This document shows, piece after piece, positions 11,041 to 22,183 of a stretch of DNA of 64,000 nucleotides. Where the stretch lies: NCBI GenBank assembly GCA_963829055.1, contig CAWHHI010000016.1, positions 224,001 through 288,000 on the forward strand, written 5' to 3'. This DNA is from an uncultured Gemmatimonadaceae bacterium (GTDB taxonomy: Bacteria; Gemmatimonadota; Gemmatimonadetes; Gemmatimonadales; Gemmatimonadaceae). Below the pieces are notes generated by a model. It saw only the letters and a program-made list of their open reading frames with translations, had not been told where the DNA came from and searched no databases. The position numbers were made by a program, and so were the translations under genes. Within the stretch, counting starts at the first letter, position 1; every line of letters starts with the position of its first letter.

Positions 11041-12782
11041 CCACGCGCAGCGTCGCCCCCCGGGAAACCGCGATTGGCCGCGGCGCACGTCTCGTGACGG
11101 CGCCTCGCGGCAACGCGCTGTCGTGTAAAGGTTGGCAGCAGGAGGCCGCGCTCCGGATGCTGATGAACAATCTCGATCCGGAAGTCGCCGAGCGGCCCGA
11201 CGATCTCGTCGTGTACGGTGGGACGGGCCGCGCCGCGCGCTCGTGGGAAGCATTCGACGCGATTGTCACCGCGCTCCGCCGCCTCGAATCGGACGAGACG
11301 CTGCTGGTGCAGAGCGGGAAACCGGTCGCCGTCTTTCGGACGCACGCTGGTGCACCACGCGTGCTCATCGCCAACAGCAATCTCGTCGGCCGGTGGGCGA
11401 CGTGGGAGAAATTCCGCGAGCTCGAACGCCTCGGGCTGACGATGTATGGCCAGATGACGGCGGGGTCGTGGATCTATATCGGCACGCAGGGAATCCTGCA
11501 GGGCACGTACGAGACCTTCGGCGCCGTTGCACGACGTCACTTCGGAGGGTCGCTCGCCGGTCGCTTCGTGCTGACCGCGGGACTCGGCGGAATGGGCGGC
11601 GCGCAGCCGCTTGCCGCGACGCTCAACGGCGCCGCGTTCCTGGGGCTCGACGTCGAGGAGTCTCGCATCGACAAGCGGCTCGCGACAGGCTACCTCGACC
11701 GCAAGACGCGCGACCTGGACGAGGCACTCGTCTGGATCCGCGACGCCGTCGCGACCGGGCGGGCGCTGTCGGTCGGGCTCGTGGGCAACGCGGCCGATGT
11801 CCTGCCCGAGCTCGTTAGGCGTGGCGTGACGCCTGACGTCCTCACCGACCAGACGAGCGCTCACGACACGCTCAACGGCTACGTGCCGAGCGGCATCGCC
11901 GTGGGTGACGCCGCCGTGCTCCGGCAGGCCGCGCCTGACGAGTACATCGCGCGTGCCATCACATCGATCGTGACCCACGTGCAGGCGATGCTCGAGATGC
12001 AGCGCCGAGGTGCGGTGACGTTCGACTATGGCAACAATATCCGCACGGTGGCGCTCGATGCTGGAGTGCGTGACGCGTTCGACTTTCCCGGGTTCGTTCC
12101 GGAGTACGTCCGCCCGCTGTTCTGCGAGGGGAAGGGGCCGTTCCGGTGGGTTGCGCTCTCGGGCGATCCGGCGGACATCTATCGCACCGACGAATTGGTG
12201 CTCGAGTTGTTCCCTAACGATGCCCATTTGCGGCGATGGATCACGATGGCCCGCGAGAAGGTACATTTTCAGGGATTGCCGGCACGTATCTGCTGGCTGG
12301 GTCAGGGCGATCGTGCGAAGTTCGGGGTGGCCCTGAACGATCTCGTAGCCAAGGGCGAGCTCTCGGCGCCGATCGTGATCGGCCGTGATCACCTCGATAC
12401 CGGGAGCGTGGCGTCGCCATTCCGCGAGACGGAGGCAATGCAGGATGGCAGCGACGCGATCGCCGACTGGCCGATTCTCAACGCGCTGCTCAACGTCGCG
12501 AGCGGAGCGAGTTGGGTGTCGTTCCACCACGGCGGTGGGGTCGGGATCGGGAATTCGCTTCACGCCGGCCAGGTGATCGTGGCTGATGGCTCGGCGGAGA
12601 TGCGCGTGCGACTCGAACGCGTGTTGACGAACGACCCCGGCATCGGCGTTGCGCGCCATGCCGACGCTGGCTACACGAGCGCGATCGAGACCGCGTCGAG
12701 AGAAGGGATTCAGCTCCCAATGGTACCGGCCCAGGGCTCGCCGAGGGGGAACGGCGAGCCTGGGCCGGGTAACAGAACGTGA
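11037..12782 (+). CDS. hutU: Urocanate hydratase
   Basis: [34 protein letters not shown] and HHGGGVG motifs. Confidence 0.97.
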   Translation: MTTRSVAPRETAIGRGARLVTAPRGNALSCKGWQQEAALRMLMNNLDPEVAERPDDLVVYGGTGRAARSWEAFDAIVTALRRLESDETLLVQSGKPVAVFRTHAGAPRVLIANSNLVGRWATWEKFRELERLGLTMYGQMTAGSWIYIGTQGILQGTYETFGAVARRHFGGSLAGRFVLTAGLGGMGGAQPLAATLNGAAFLGLDVEESRIDKRLATGYLDRKTRDLDEALVWIRDAVATGRALSVGLVGNAADVLPELVRRGVTPDVLTDQTSAHDTLNGYVPSGIAVGDAAVLRQAAPDEYIARAITSIVTHVQAMLEMQRRGAVTFDYGNNIRTVALDAGVRDAFDFPGFVPEYVRPLFCEGKGPFRWVALSGDPADIYRTDELVLELFPNDAHLRRWITMAREKVHFQGLPARICWLGQGDRAKFGVALNDLVAKGELSAPIVIGRDHLDTGSVASPFRETEAMQDGSDAIADWPILNALLNVASGASWVSFHHGGGVGIGNSLHAGQVIVADGSAEMRVRLERVLTNDPGIGVARHADAGYTSAIETASREGIQLPMVPAQGSPRGNGEPGPGNRT

Positions 12783-12860
12783 TACACGCACTCTCCAACC
12801 GCACGCTCGTTAGGCGAATCTAATCGGTTCCCAGTTCCCGGCTCCCCTTCCTGAGATCTC

Positions 12861-13832
12861 ATGCTTTCCGCCCGCTTCAAGCCGTATCACGTTCCGCTCT
12901 TCCTCGCGAAGTATGCCTGGTTGACGGCCCGACGCCGCCCGATCCTCGTCCACTTCGAGGTCACCATGCGGTGTAACGCGCGCTGCGGCTTCTGCGACTA
13001 CTGGAAGACGCCAGCGGAAGCGAAGGAGCACGAGCTGAAGAGCTTTGCCGACGCGGCGAAGTTCTTCAATCCGATGATGGTGACGTTCACGGGCGGTGAG
13101 CCGACGCTTCGAAAGGATCTCGAGGAGCTCGTGTCGGCCGTGAGCAAGGCGATCAATCTCAAGTACATCACGATGATCACGCACGGCGCGATGCTCACGC
13201 CCGATCGCGCGTGGGACTTGTGGCAGGCGGGAATCAACCAGTTCAACATCTCGCTCGACTATCTCGACGGGCGCCACGATACCGCTCGCGGTATTCCGGG
13301 GCTGACGGCGAAGATCTTCAGGAACGCCGCCGCGATGCGTGATCGTGGCATCGACTCGATTCGCTTCAACGCCGTGATCAAGGACGACAACCTCGATCAG
13401 ATCCTGCCCATCGCGCAGAAGGCGGCGGAGCTCAAGTGCGGCGTGAATTTCAGCGTCTACACCGCCGCGAAGAACGGCAACACCGAGCATTTGCTGCGCG
13501 ATGAGCAGCTGGACGCCATCGACAAGCTCGTCGCCGATCTGCTCGCGTTCAAGCGACGCAAGCGCGGCATCATCACGAACTCCGACTACTACATCGAGCA
13601 GATTCCGCGCTACGTGCGCGGCGAGATGAAGGAGCCGTGTCAGTCGGGCCTCCGGACGATTCACATCGATCCCACGGGTCACGTGAAGCGCTGCCCCGAC
13701 TTCCCGGTGGACTTCCACTGGTCGGAGTTCAAGCAGTACGAGCCGATCGACTGTAACGCGTGTTACTACGCGTGCCGTGGCGAGGCACAGGCACCACTCC
13801 GCCTGTCGCGTGTGCGAGATGTGATGGCGTGA
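12861..13832 (+). CDS. Radical SAM protein with C-terminal SPASM/twitch-like Cys cluster, function unknown
   Basis: CNARCGFC (CxxxCxxC), TGGEP, ISLD; C-terminal CQSG..IDPTGHVKRC..CNACYYAC. Confidence 0.88.
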   Translation: MLSARFKPYHVPLFLAKYAWLTARRRPILVHFEVTMRCNARCGFCDYWKTPAEAKEHELKSFADAAKFFNPMMVTFTGGEPTLRKDLEELVSAVSKAINLKYITMITHGAMLTPDRAWDLWQAGINQFNISLDYLDGRHDTARGIPGLTAKIFRNAAAMRDRGIDSIRFNAVIKDDNLDQILPIAQKAAELKCGVNFSVYTAAKNGNTEHLLRDEQLDAIDKLVADLLAFKRRKRGIITNSDYYIEQIPRYVRGEMKEPCQSGLRTIHIDPTGHVKRCPDFPVDFHWSEFKQYEPIDCNACYYACRGEAQAPLRLSRVRDVMA

Positions 13833-13953
13833 GGCCTGAGGACTGGGGACTCGAGACTGGGGACCCGGGACACCAACCAACGGACCACGCGGTGGAAGCA
13901 GGCGACCGTGATGCGCCGCGCCGCGAGTCACCAGTCCCAGGCCCCCAGTCCCT
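13831..13953. repeat. Paired inverted GGGGACT-type heptamer arrays
   Basis: GAGGCCT GAGGACT GGGGACT CGAGACT GGGGACC CGGGACA at 13831-13872; AGTCACC AGTCCCA GGCCCCC AGTCCCT at 13926-13953. Confidence 0.75.
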
Positions 13954-15214
13954 GTTGTTCGTCAACGCGTCGCAGGTAGTCACGTGCAGCGGCCCTCCAC
14001 GTGCGCGACGCGGACGTGAGATGGATGACGCCGGGGTTGTGACGGGCGTCTCAGTCGCGGTTGTTGCAGATCGCATCACGGCCGTGGGCCCGACGAAGGA
14101 GCTCGAACGAACGTACGTCGAGGCCAGGCGAGTCGACTGCGGCGGCCGCGTGCTCACTCCTGGGCTGGTCGACTCGCACACGCACGCGATTTTCGGCAAA
14201 CCGCGTTTCGAGGAACAGGAGCTTCGCGCCTCGGGCCTCGATTACATGGAGATCGCCCGTCGGGGTGGGGGAATTCATTCCTCCGTGCGCGATCTCCGTA
14301 GTCGGACCGCAGACGAGCTCCTCGATCTTGCCGTGCCACGACTCCGCCGCCTCGCCGCGCACGGCGTGACGACGGTTGAAGTCAAATCCGGCTATGGGCT
14401 TACGCCGGAGGACGAGCTCAAATCGCTTCACGTCATCCGGCGGCTCGCCGAGCGGCTCCCGATGCGGCTCGTGCCAACATGGCTCGGCGCTCATGAGATT
14501 CCGCTCGAATTCCGCGAACTTCCGGAAGGTCGTTCCGAATATGTTCGCTTGCTCGTCTCAACGATGCTCCCCGGCATCGTGTCGGGGAGGCTCGCCCGTT
14601 TTGCGGATGTATTCTGCGAACCGGGAGTGTTCACGATCGACGAGGCGAGAACGATTCTCACTGCAGCGCGATCCGGCGGCCTGGGGCTCAAGCTTCACGC
14701 CGACGAGTTGCGTCCGTCAGGAGGAGCGGAGCTCGCCGCTGAAATCGGCGCAACATCGGCCGATCACCTCGCCGCCATCTCGGAATCCGGAATCCGCGTG
14801 CTCGCCGCGTCCAACACAGTTGCCACGCTGCTTCCTGGAACCATGCTTTTCCTCGGCAAGGAGAAGCAGGCACCAGCGCGCGCGCTCGTCGATGCCGGAG
14901 CGGCTGTTGCGCTGGCGACGGATTTCAATCCCGGAACGTCGCCGACGACGAACTTTCCGCTCATCATGACGCTTGGCGTGAGTCAGCTGCGCCTAACGGT
15001 GGCCGAAGCGATGATCGCGGCGACAGTCAACGGCGCAGCCGCCCTGTCCCTGGCCGATCAGGTGGGGCAGATCGCACCGGGGTACTCGGCAGATCTGGCG
15101 CTCTTCGACGCGACCGATGTTCGCGAGCTTCCATACTGGTACGGAGATCAACGATGCGTGGGGACCTGGGTTCGGGGCCGTGCTTGTCATCCCTCTACCG
15201 TCGGGACACTTTGA
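13892..15214 (+). CDS. hutI: Imidazolonepropionase (start approximate)
   Basis: PGLVDSHTH, EVKSGYGL, DVFCE, KLHADEL and ATDFNPG motifs. Confidence 0.94.
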   Translation: MEAGDRDAPRRESPVPGPQSLLFVNASQVVTCSGPPRARRGREMDDAGVVTGVSVAVVADRITAVGPTKELERTYVEARRVDCGGRVLTPGLVDSHTHAIFGKPRFEEQELRASGLDYMEIARRGGGIHSSVRDLRSRTADELLDLAVPRLRRLAAHGVTTVEVKSGYGLTPEDELKSLHVIRRLAERLPMRLVPTWLGAHEIPLEFRELPEGRSEYVRLLVSTMLPGIVSGRLARFADVFCEPGVFTIDEARTILTAARSGGLGLKLHADELRPSGGAELAAEIGATSADHLAAISESGIRVLAASNTVATLLPGTMLFLGKEKQAPARALVDAGAAVALATDFNPGTSPTTNFPLIMTLGVSQLRLTVAEAMIAATVNGAAALSLADQVGQIAPGYSADLALFDATDVRELPYWYGDQRCVGTWVRGRACHPSTVGTL

Positions 15215-15269
15215 GCCGCCGCGGCCGCGCCGGACAGTCCGGCACTGACAGACGGATTCTCACGCGCTG

Positions 15270-18200
15270 ATGTCCGCAAACGCCGCGAAGCTGAAGAAGC
15301 GAGCCGTCGAGCTCGAACAGAAGAAACAGTTCGACAAGGCCCTCGCACTCTACATCCAGTTCCTGCAGGAGAGCGACGGCGCGTTGGACGACGTCGACGT
15401 CCCGCTGTACAACCGCGTGGGCGACCTCATGCTCCGCACGGGCAACGCGGCCGACGCGCTGAGTTACTACGAGAAGGCGGTCGATCTCTACGCCGAGCGA
15501 GGCTTTCTCAATAACGCGATCGCGCTCTGCAACAAGGTTCTACGACAGTCTCCGGGGCGCGCGTCGATCTACTACAAGCTCGGCAAGATCAGCGCGACGA
15601 AGGGCTTCAAGAGCGACGCGAAGAAGAACTTCCTCGAGTACGCCGACCGCATGCAGAAAGCGGGGCAGATCGACGAGGCATTCCGCGCGCTCAAGGAGTT
15701 CGCCGATTTATGCCCGGATCAGGATGACATCCGGCTCATGCTGGCGGAGCAGCTGACGAAGGAGAACCGGCACGACGAGGCGCTCGAGCAGCTGCAGAAG
15801 CTGCACGACAAGCTCGATAGCGAGGGCCGATCCGCCGAGGCGCGCGCCACGGTCGATCGCATGAAGTCGATCGATCCGGAAGCCGTCCCTCGCGTGTCGG
15901 GCACCTATCGCGCGCAGAAGTCACCTAATCTCATTTTCCTCGACACGTCGTTCGAGCAGGCATCCCGCGGTCGCCAGGCGGAGGCACCAACGCCGCCACC
16001 ACGAGCGGCCGCGCCGCCGGCCGGCCGTCAGGTGAGCGATCCAGACCTCGTCATACTGACGCTCGGGGATCAGCCCGACGCTCCAGCGTCTCCGGTGCAT
16101 AACGCGGCGGTTGCCGACGCGTTCGCTCTGGACATCGCCGGCCTCGACGCGCCTAACGACGAAGCGCTCGACGCGCAGGCGTTGCCGCTGCTGGACGTAG
16201 GCGGCGACGTCGACATGCCGTCGGCCGCGGCGGATCTCGAGCAGCAGGTGGTGATCGCGACGGTCGCGACGCCGCAGGAAGCGCCAGCGATCGTGTCGCT
16301 CGACTTCGATGTGGCGCCAGACGCCACCGTGTCGATTCCGCCCGCGGCCGTGGTGATCGAGACGTCAGAAGTGACGCTCACGGTCCGACACGTTCGCGAT
16401 CGACGCCCAGGCGGCCCCGGCGCCGGTCGACCTCGTCCTGGACCAGCCGACCTACGATGTCTGGTCCGCCGCTCAGCATCGACTACGCGGGCGACCTGCA
16501 TACGAGCACCGACGCACCGTCCGAAACGAGCCTCGAGGACCTGTTCGACTTCAGGGCGCCACCACGCTCCGACAACGACGTGGTCGTCGACGCCTCGTTG
16601 GCGAGCCTGGACCCCGACGTCTCGTTCCCCTCGTTCGACCTCGACGACCTTCCGTCGGCCGACGACATCACGTCGGGCGGAAGCCTCGCCGCCGCCCTCG
16701 GTGCCACCGACACGTTAGGCGCCGGGCTGGATGATCTCGACCTGTCAACGCCGGACGAGCCGCACGCGCCGGAGGACGCCACCGAGACGATCCAGATCGA
16801 GGCTTTGCGAATCGACGCGGTAGCCGAGCCAGCACGTGTCGAGGCTCCTACGTACGAATTGGCGGCGCAACCGTCCGCTGGTTCGGCCGACCTCGACGTC
16901 GATTGGCCGGTAGCAAGGTCTGTAGAACCATCCGCGCCGGCTGGCGATGACCTCGTCGAGGAATTCGCCATGACCGACGAGCCGTCGCTTGCTGCTCACC
17001 CAGCGCCAACAGAGGCGGTTGACACGCTGGACGACGCGGCGCTTCCGGAGATCGTGGAGGACCTCGCGGAACCAGTCGCGATCGAGGCGATTGCCGTCAT
17101 CGAAGTCCCGGCGGTTGAAGACACCATCGAGACGACGGTCGATGTCTCCGTGCAGGATCTCGTCGAAGAATCGCTCGTCGACGCCGCCGCCGAGCTGACT
17201 CGTTCCGAGGTGTCTCTCGACGCGGCGGAAGCATCGAGCCTAACGCCGACACCGACTGACGTCGAAGTCCAGTCTCTTCGTGTCGCGGTCGAGGCATCGA
17301 GCCAGACACCGCCAGCCGTCGCGATCGAGCCTGACGTACACGCAGAGCCCGAGCCGGAGCGCCTCGCCGGCTGGGAAGTGCAGCGCGCCCACGCAGAACG
17401 ACTGCTCGAAGCAGGCGATCGAGGCGCGGGCGTCCAGGCACTCGAGCAGGTGGCGGTGGATCTGGAACGGATCGGCGATCTCGAGCGCGCACTCACCATC
17501 GTCGATGAGCTGATTCGTCTCACGCCGGACTCGATTCGCCACCACCAGAAGCGGGTCGAGCTCGCGTTCCGCTCGAATCACCGGGCCAAGCTGATCGACG
17601 CGTACATCGAGCTGGGCGACGTGCTGTTCCGCTCCGGCGAGGAACGGAAAGCCCGCGCCGTCTACCAGCGGGTTCTCGAGCTGGCGCCCGACGATCCGCG
17701 AGCACGGGCCGCTGTGGAGTCCGTCGCGTCGATGTCGCCGCCGAGTGGCTCCGGCGCCATCGCGGCCATCGGATCGACGCCCGCCGACGCTCGTGTGCCG
17801 AACCCGCCGGCTCGTCCGCACCCGCGCGATGGCCACATGCCGTATCAGCCGGGACCGGGCGCCGGACCGCGGCAAGCGGGCGGGATAGCCTCGCCGCCAC
17901 CGACGCGCAAGCCGTCGCCGCTCGATCGCAGCGCCGCCTCGAACGGCGAGTTCGTCGACCTGGGCGAATGGCTGCGCTCCGGGGAAAGCCCGAAATCGAC
18001 CCGGATGGTGGCCGAGGAGAAGCCGCCGACAGGGGACGAGCAGGCTGACTTCCAGGAGATGCTCAAGCGGTTCAAACAGGGCGTGGCCGAGAACGTCGAG
18101 GAGGAGGACTACGAGAGCCATTACGACCTCGGTGTCGCCTACAAGGAAATGGGCCTCATGGATGAAGCTGTTGCCGAATTCCAGAAGGCCCTGAGAGGCA

Positions 18201-18475
18201 CCGCCAACCGCGTACGCGCCTACGAGGCCCTCGGCCAGTGCTTCGTGGAGAAGGAGCAGTATCACGTCGCTGCGTCGGTCCTGTCCCGCGCCATAGCGCT
18301 TGGCGAGGGAGACGACCATCATCTCGTCGGCGTGCTGTATCTTCTAGGGCGGGCGACCGAGGCGTTGAGCAAATACGGCGACGCACTCGATTATTATCAA
18401 CGCGTGTTCGCAGTCGACATTGAGTTCCGCGATGTGGCAGAACGGATCAGCGCGATCGAAGGAAAGGCGACTTGA
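15270..18475 (+). CDS. Large TPR protein with long acidic low-complexity linker (frameshift(s) at ~16380-16460)
   Basis: N-terminal TPRs in ORF 15270-16718; C-terminal TPRs including SHYDLGVAYKEMGL in ORF 16457-18475; acidic composition continuous across the frame change. Confidence 0.75.
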
Positions 18476-19476
18476 CCGCACGAGCCAACAGCTCACCACC
18501 GCTAGCCGACACACTCCGGCACATTCAGACCCCCGTCCAGGAGGGGCTGCGCGGAGTCATCGACGAGATGTGGCGAATCGTTGCCACAGACAATCCGCTC
18601 GTTACCGACGTCAACGCGCACCTGCTGCTCGCGAAGGGCAAGATGGTGCGCCCGACGCTGCTCCTGCTGGCAAGCCACGTTGACGGCGCGTCCGAGCCCC
18701 GCGCAACCACGCTCGCCGGTGTAGCCGAGCTGATCCACCTCGCGACGCTGGTGCACGACGACGCCGTCGACCATTCGGTGATGCGACGAGGCCGTCCGAC
18801 GATCAACGCCCTGTTCAGCCACCAGGTGTCCGTGATCATGGGCGATTTCCTCTACTCGCGTGCGCTCTCGGAGCTGGTGCGCCTTGGTGACATGGAGCCG
18901 CTGGCGGTGTTCACCGCGGCTTCGAACGCGCTGACGCTGGGCGAGATGCGCCAGCTCTCGGCGCTGGACGCGCTGGCGTTCACGGAGTCGGACTACGACA
19001 CGCTGATCGAGTCGAAGACCGCATCCCTGTTCGCTGCGGCCTGCGAGGTTGGTGCTGTCTGCGGCGCGCGACGCCACCGCGCTGCTCTCACGCGATTCGG
19101 CCAGCGCCTCGGCATGGCGTTCCAGGTCGCTGATGACCTGCTCGACTATACCGAGGCCCAGGAGACAACGGGCAAGCCAACCGGACTCGACCTTCGCGAG
19201 CACAAGGTCACGCTCCCGCTGATCTCTGCGCTGCGTACGATGTCCCCGGGTGCGCGGCGTCGCGTCGACGCACTGTTCGCCAATCCAGACCCGGACGACG
19301 CCTTGATCGCCGAGGTCGTCGAGATCGTGCGCGAGGAGGGTGGGCTCGAGTACGCGCGGCGTCGAGGCGAGGACTTCGCTCAGGAAGCCGAGGAGGCGCT
19401 GAGCGAGCTTCCCGAGAGCCCGTACCGGAGCTCGCTGGCGGAAGCGATCGGCTACGTCATGGACAGGCGGTCCTGA
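18472..19476 (+). CDS. Long-chain polyprenyl diphosphate synthase
   Basis: GKMVRP, LATLVHDDAVD (FARM), FQVADDLLD (SARM); Ala five residues before FARM suggests a long-chain product. Confidence 0.92.
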   Translation: MTARANSSPPLADTLRHIQTPVQEGLRGVIDEMWRIVATDNPLVTDVNAHLLLAKGKMVRPTLLLLASHVDGASEPRATTLAGVAELIHLATLVHDDAVDHSVMRRGRPTINALFSHQVSVIMGDFLYSRALSELVRLGDMEPLAVFTAASNALTLGEMRQLSALDALAFTESDYDTLIESKTASLFAAACEVGAVCGARRHRAALTRFGQRLGMAFQVADDLLDYTEAQETTGKPTGLDLREHKVTLPLISALRTMSPGARRRVDALFANPDPDDALIAEVVEIVREEGGLEYARRRGEDFAQEAEEALSELPESPYRSSLAEAIGYVMDRRS

Positions 19477-19772
19477 TGGCGAGTCGGAACTCGCCGACTC
19501 GCGGCTCGTCGCGGCACCGACCGCTGTTCCACGGTGTAATATTGGCAATCGGGTTCATCGTGGGCGGCTTCATGACCCAGTTCGCCAGGAAATTCCTCCC
19601 GATAGGTGCCGTTAAGGAGTTCCTGACAACCGGGGTGACGCCATCGGTTGGCCCTCTGCCTATCGATCTCGTTATCTTGAAGTTCGCCATCGGGCCGATA
19701 GCGCTGGACGTGTCGTTGCTGAGCCTCGTCGGTGTGCTCATCGCCTATCTCATTGCGCGGTCGCTGTTCTAG
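19476..19772 (+). CDS. Small membrane protein (DUF4321-like)
   Basis: Two hydrophobic segments and DLVILKFAIG pattern; translationally coupled to upstream gene. Confidence 0.65.
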   Translation: MASRNSPTRGSSRHRPLFHGVILAIGFIVGGFMTQFARKFLPIGAVKEFLTTGVTPSVGPLPIDLVILKFAIGPIALDVSLLSLVGVLIAYLIARSLF

Positions 19773-19780
19773 GAGACGAT

Positions 19781-20056
19781 ATGAATTTCGGGAACATGGG
19801 GTTCATGGAGATCCTCCTCATCCTCGTCGTCGTTCTCCTGCTGTTTGGCGCGAAGCGCCTACCGGAGATCGGGTCGTCGATGGGCAAGGGAATCCGCGAG
19901 TTCAAGAAGAGCATCACGGATGTCGATCGCTCGCTTCGTGAGCCGGAGCGAGACGCGCGGGTCGAGCGCGACTACGCGGCCGACCGCCTGCAGAACTCTG
20001 CGCGCGACGTGCAGCAAGAGGAAGCGCGCCCCGAGCCGAAGCGGCTGCTCAACTAA
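19781..20056 (+). CDS. tatA: Twin-arginine translocase TatA/E subunit
   Basis: EILLILVVVLLLFGAKRLPEIGSSMGKGIREFKK; AGGAG RBS. Confidence 0.95.
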   Translation: MNFGNMGFMEILLILVVVLLLFGAKRLPEIGSSMGKGIREFKKSITDVDRSLREPERDARVERDYAADRLQNSARDVQQEEARPEPKRLLN

Positions 20057-20074
20057 TCGAACGGAAGAAAGCGA

Positions 20075-20119
20075 AATCCCCCGGTCGCGATCTGAGAACA
20101 GATACGCGACCGGGGGATT
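20075..20119. terminator. Strong hairpin between convergent tatA and SurA/PpiD gene (probable terminator)
   Basis: AATCCCCCGGTCGCG..TCTG-AGAA-CAGA..CGCGACCGGGGGATT inverted repeat. Confidence 0.75.
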
Positions 20120-20161
20120 CGTCGTTAGGTGGGGCGGCCATCCCGCCGCCGCGGCGCGTCG

Positions 20162-21988
20162 TTAGGTGGTCTGACGCGCGGCCTGCGCCAGATCTTTCCG
20201 CCGGTCGTCCAGCTTGGCGTCCGCACGAAGTTGCTGCAGGAACGCCTGAATGCGCTGCTGCCGCATTCCCTGCACGAGTTGCTGCCGCTGGATCGTCTTC
20301 TGCTTTTCCCACTCGGCACGGTCCGCATCGACCCGGCGGTCGACGCGCAGCACCACGACGCCATCCTGCGTCCGGATCGGGTTGCTGACCACTCCGATCG
20401 GCAACGAGAACGCGGCGCCAATGGCTTCGTTCAGTCGGCCCATGCCCGGCACAAACCCGCCGCGAGTGAACGCGTCGCTGCTCGTGACCTTCAGATTCTT
20501 CTGCGTCGCCGCGGCTTCGAGCGTCGATGCGGAGGCGGCGGTGGCGAATTCCTTCGCCTGCGCCACGAGGCGGTCCAGCTTCTTCTCAGTCGTCAGCGTT
20601 CGCTTGATGTCCTCGCGTGCAGCCTCGAGCGATGGCAAACCGCCGGGCGTGACGGAGTCGAGCTTCGCGAGAACGTAGCCGGCATCAGAGTCGAACAGCT
20701 CACTCGTTGCACCTGGTTTGACGCCGGAGAACGCCCACGCGCTCACGCTCGGGACGTACTGGCCGGCGATCGTCAGCGCCTCGCCTTCGACGGCAATGCC
20801 GTGCTGCGGCGTGAGCTTGAGGACCTTGGCGGCACTGTCGAAGCGCTGCGGCGTGTCCTGCAATGCGGCAATGTTCGCGAGCGAATCGGCTTTCCGATCC
20901 GTGCGACTGGCTGACGAATCGCTCTGCTGGAACTTGAGCAGGATGTGTCGAACCGCGATGGTGTCTGCCTTCTTCTCATCGACTTTGATGAGGTGAAGGC
21001 CAAACTGCGTCTCGACCGGCTCGGAGACTTGCCCCGGTGTCAGCGCGTACGCTGCCTTTTCGAAAGTGTCGACGAAACGACCGCGCGCGCCGCGACCGAG
21101 AAATCCGCCCTGCGCGCCGGAGATCGTGTCGGCCGACTCGCGCTTCGCTACGTCTTCGAACTTGGCGCCCTTCGTGATCTCATCGCGCAACGCGAGCGCG
21201 CGCGCGCGCACGGCGGCGGAGTCAGCGGCGGTGATCTGACGGGGCACCGACAAAACGGAGACGACGGCACGCCCCGGACGAGAGAGCTCCTTCTTGTGCG
21301 AGTCGTAGTACGCGCGAATGTCGGCGTCGGAGACCGTGATGCCGGAGTCCGGGATCGTCGCGGGATCGAAGCTTACGAAGCTGACCTTCGACGAGTCGTG
21401 CTGGTCGCGATAGGCGCGCCAGAGCTCATCGTCCGTGACGAAGACTTCGCTGGCGACCTGCTCGTACAGCTTCGCCTTGGGAATTTCGGAGCGGTAGTAA
21501 TTCTCGAGCTGGAAGTACAATCCCTGCTGGCGCGCGGCGGCGCTCTTCAGGAACCGCTGATACTTCTCGAGATCGAAGCGACCGTCAGTCTGCAGCTCGG
21601 GCGACTGCATGAACTGCGGCGGTGGACTGAACTGCGCCGCCTGGACGATTTCCTCGTCTGTGACGCGGATTCCACGCCGCTTGTATTCCTGATCAAGTAA
21701 AATCGACTGCACGAGCTGGTCGAACACTTCACCGCGAATCTGTTCTTCTTCATCGAGCGTCAACGACCGGCCGCGGCCTTCCTGCTCCTGCTGAATTCGT
21801 TGCTGAGCGGCCTGCATCCAAGTCGTATAGGGGATCTCGTCACCGTTGACCTTGGCAACGGCGGTTCCAGTTGTCACACGAGCGCGTCCAAGCAGTCCCG
21901 ACGTCTCGGTAAACAGGAACACGCCAATGAACACGACGACGATGAAGATCCAGATGTATTTCGCGGAGCTCCGCATTGATTGCAGCAC
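20162..21988 (-). CDS. SurA/PpiD-type peptidyl-prolyl isomerase chaperone
   Basis: MLQSMRSS + TM anchor, VAKVNGDEI SurA N-domain, parvulin motifs (FEDVAKRES, PVETQFGLHLIKV, VRHIL). Confidence 0.88.
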   Translation of the reverse strand: MLQSMRSSAKYIWIFIVVVFIGVFLFTETSGLLGRARVTTGTAVAKVNGDEIPYTTWMQAAQQRIQQEQEGRGRSLTLDEEEQIRGEVFDQLVQSILLDQEYKRRGIRVTDEEIVQAAQFSPPPQFMQSPELQTDGRFDLEKYQRFLKSAAARQQGLYFQLENYYRSEIPKAKLYEQVASEVFVTDDELWRAYRDQHDSSKVSFVSFDPATIPDSGITVSDADIRAYYDSHKKELSRPGRAVVSVLSVPRQITAADSAAVRARALALRDEITKGAKFEDVAKRESADTISGAQGGFLGRGARGRFVDTFEKAAYALTPGQVSEPVETQFGLHLIKVDEKKADTIAVRHILLKFQQSDSSASRTDRKADSLANIAALQDTPQRFDSAAKVLKLTPQHGIAVEGEALTIAGQYVPSVSAWAFSGVKPGATSELFDSDAGYVLAKLDSVTPGGLPSLEAAREDIKRTLTTEKKLDRLVAQAKEFATAASASTLEAAATQKNLKVTSSDAFTRGGFVPGMGRLNEAIGAAFSLPIGVVSNPIRTQDGVVVLRVDRRVDADRAEWEKQKTIQRQQLVQGMRQQRIQAFLQQLRADAKLDDRRKDLAQAARQTT

Positions 21989-22107
21989 GGCGCGTTACTC
22001 CTGATCGTAAAGACAGGGTGTGTCGGGCGACGAAAAACGGGGTGAGGACAGGACGCGAATAGTAGGCGCTGGCAGCAGCTAAAATCAAGAGAGAGTGTCA
22101 CTTCTGA

Positions 22108-22135
22108 TTGACTTGGGTCGTCAGAAGAATATACT
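22108..22135 (+). promoter_or_regulatory. Sigma70-type promoter TTGACT-N16-TATACT for the TPR/aroQ operon
   Basis: Near-consensus -35 and -10 hexamers in the divergent intergenic region. Confidence 0.6.
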
Positions 22136-22183
22136 TCGAACGGTCTCGCCGCCCGGATCGCGCGGCGTCCCAGAGGGCAATGA

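Noticed and set aside
10506..12791. Long antisense ORFs (761 aa opposite hutU; others opposite hflX, pilT, ftsK, recA)
   Set aside because: Shadow ORFs expected from high-GC codon bias; no recognisable motifs
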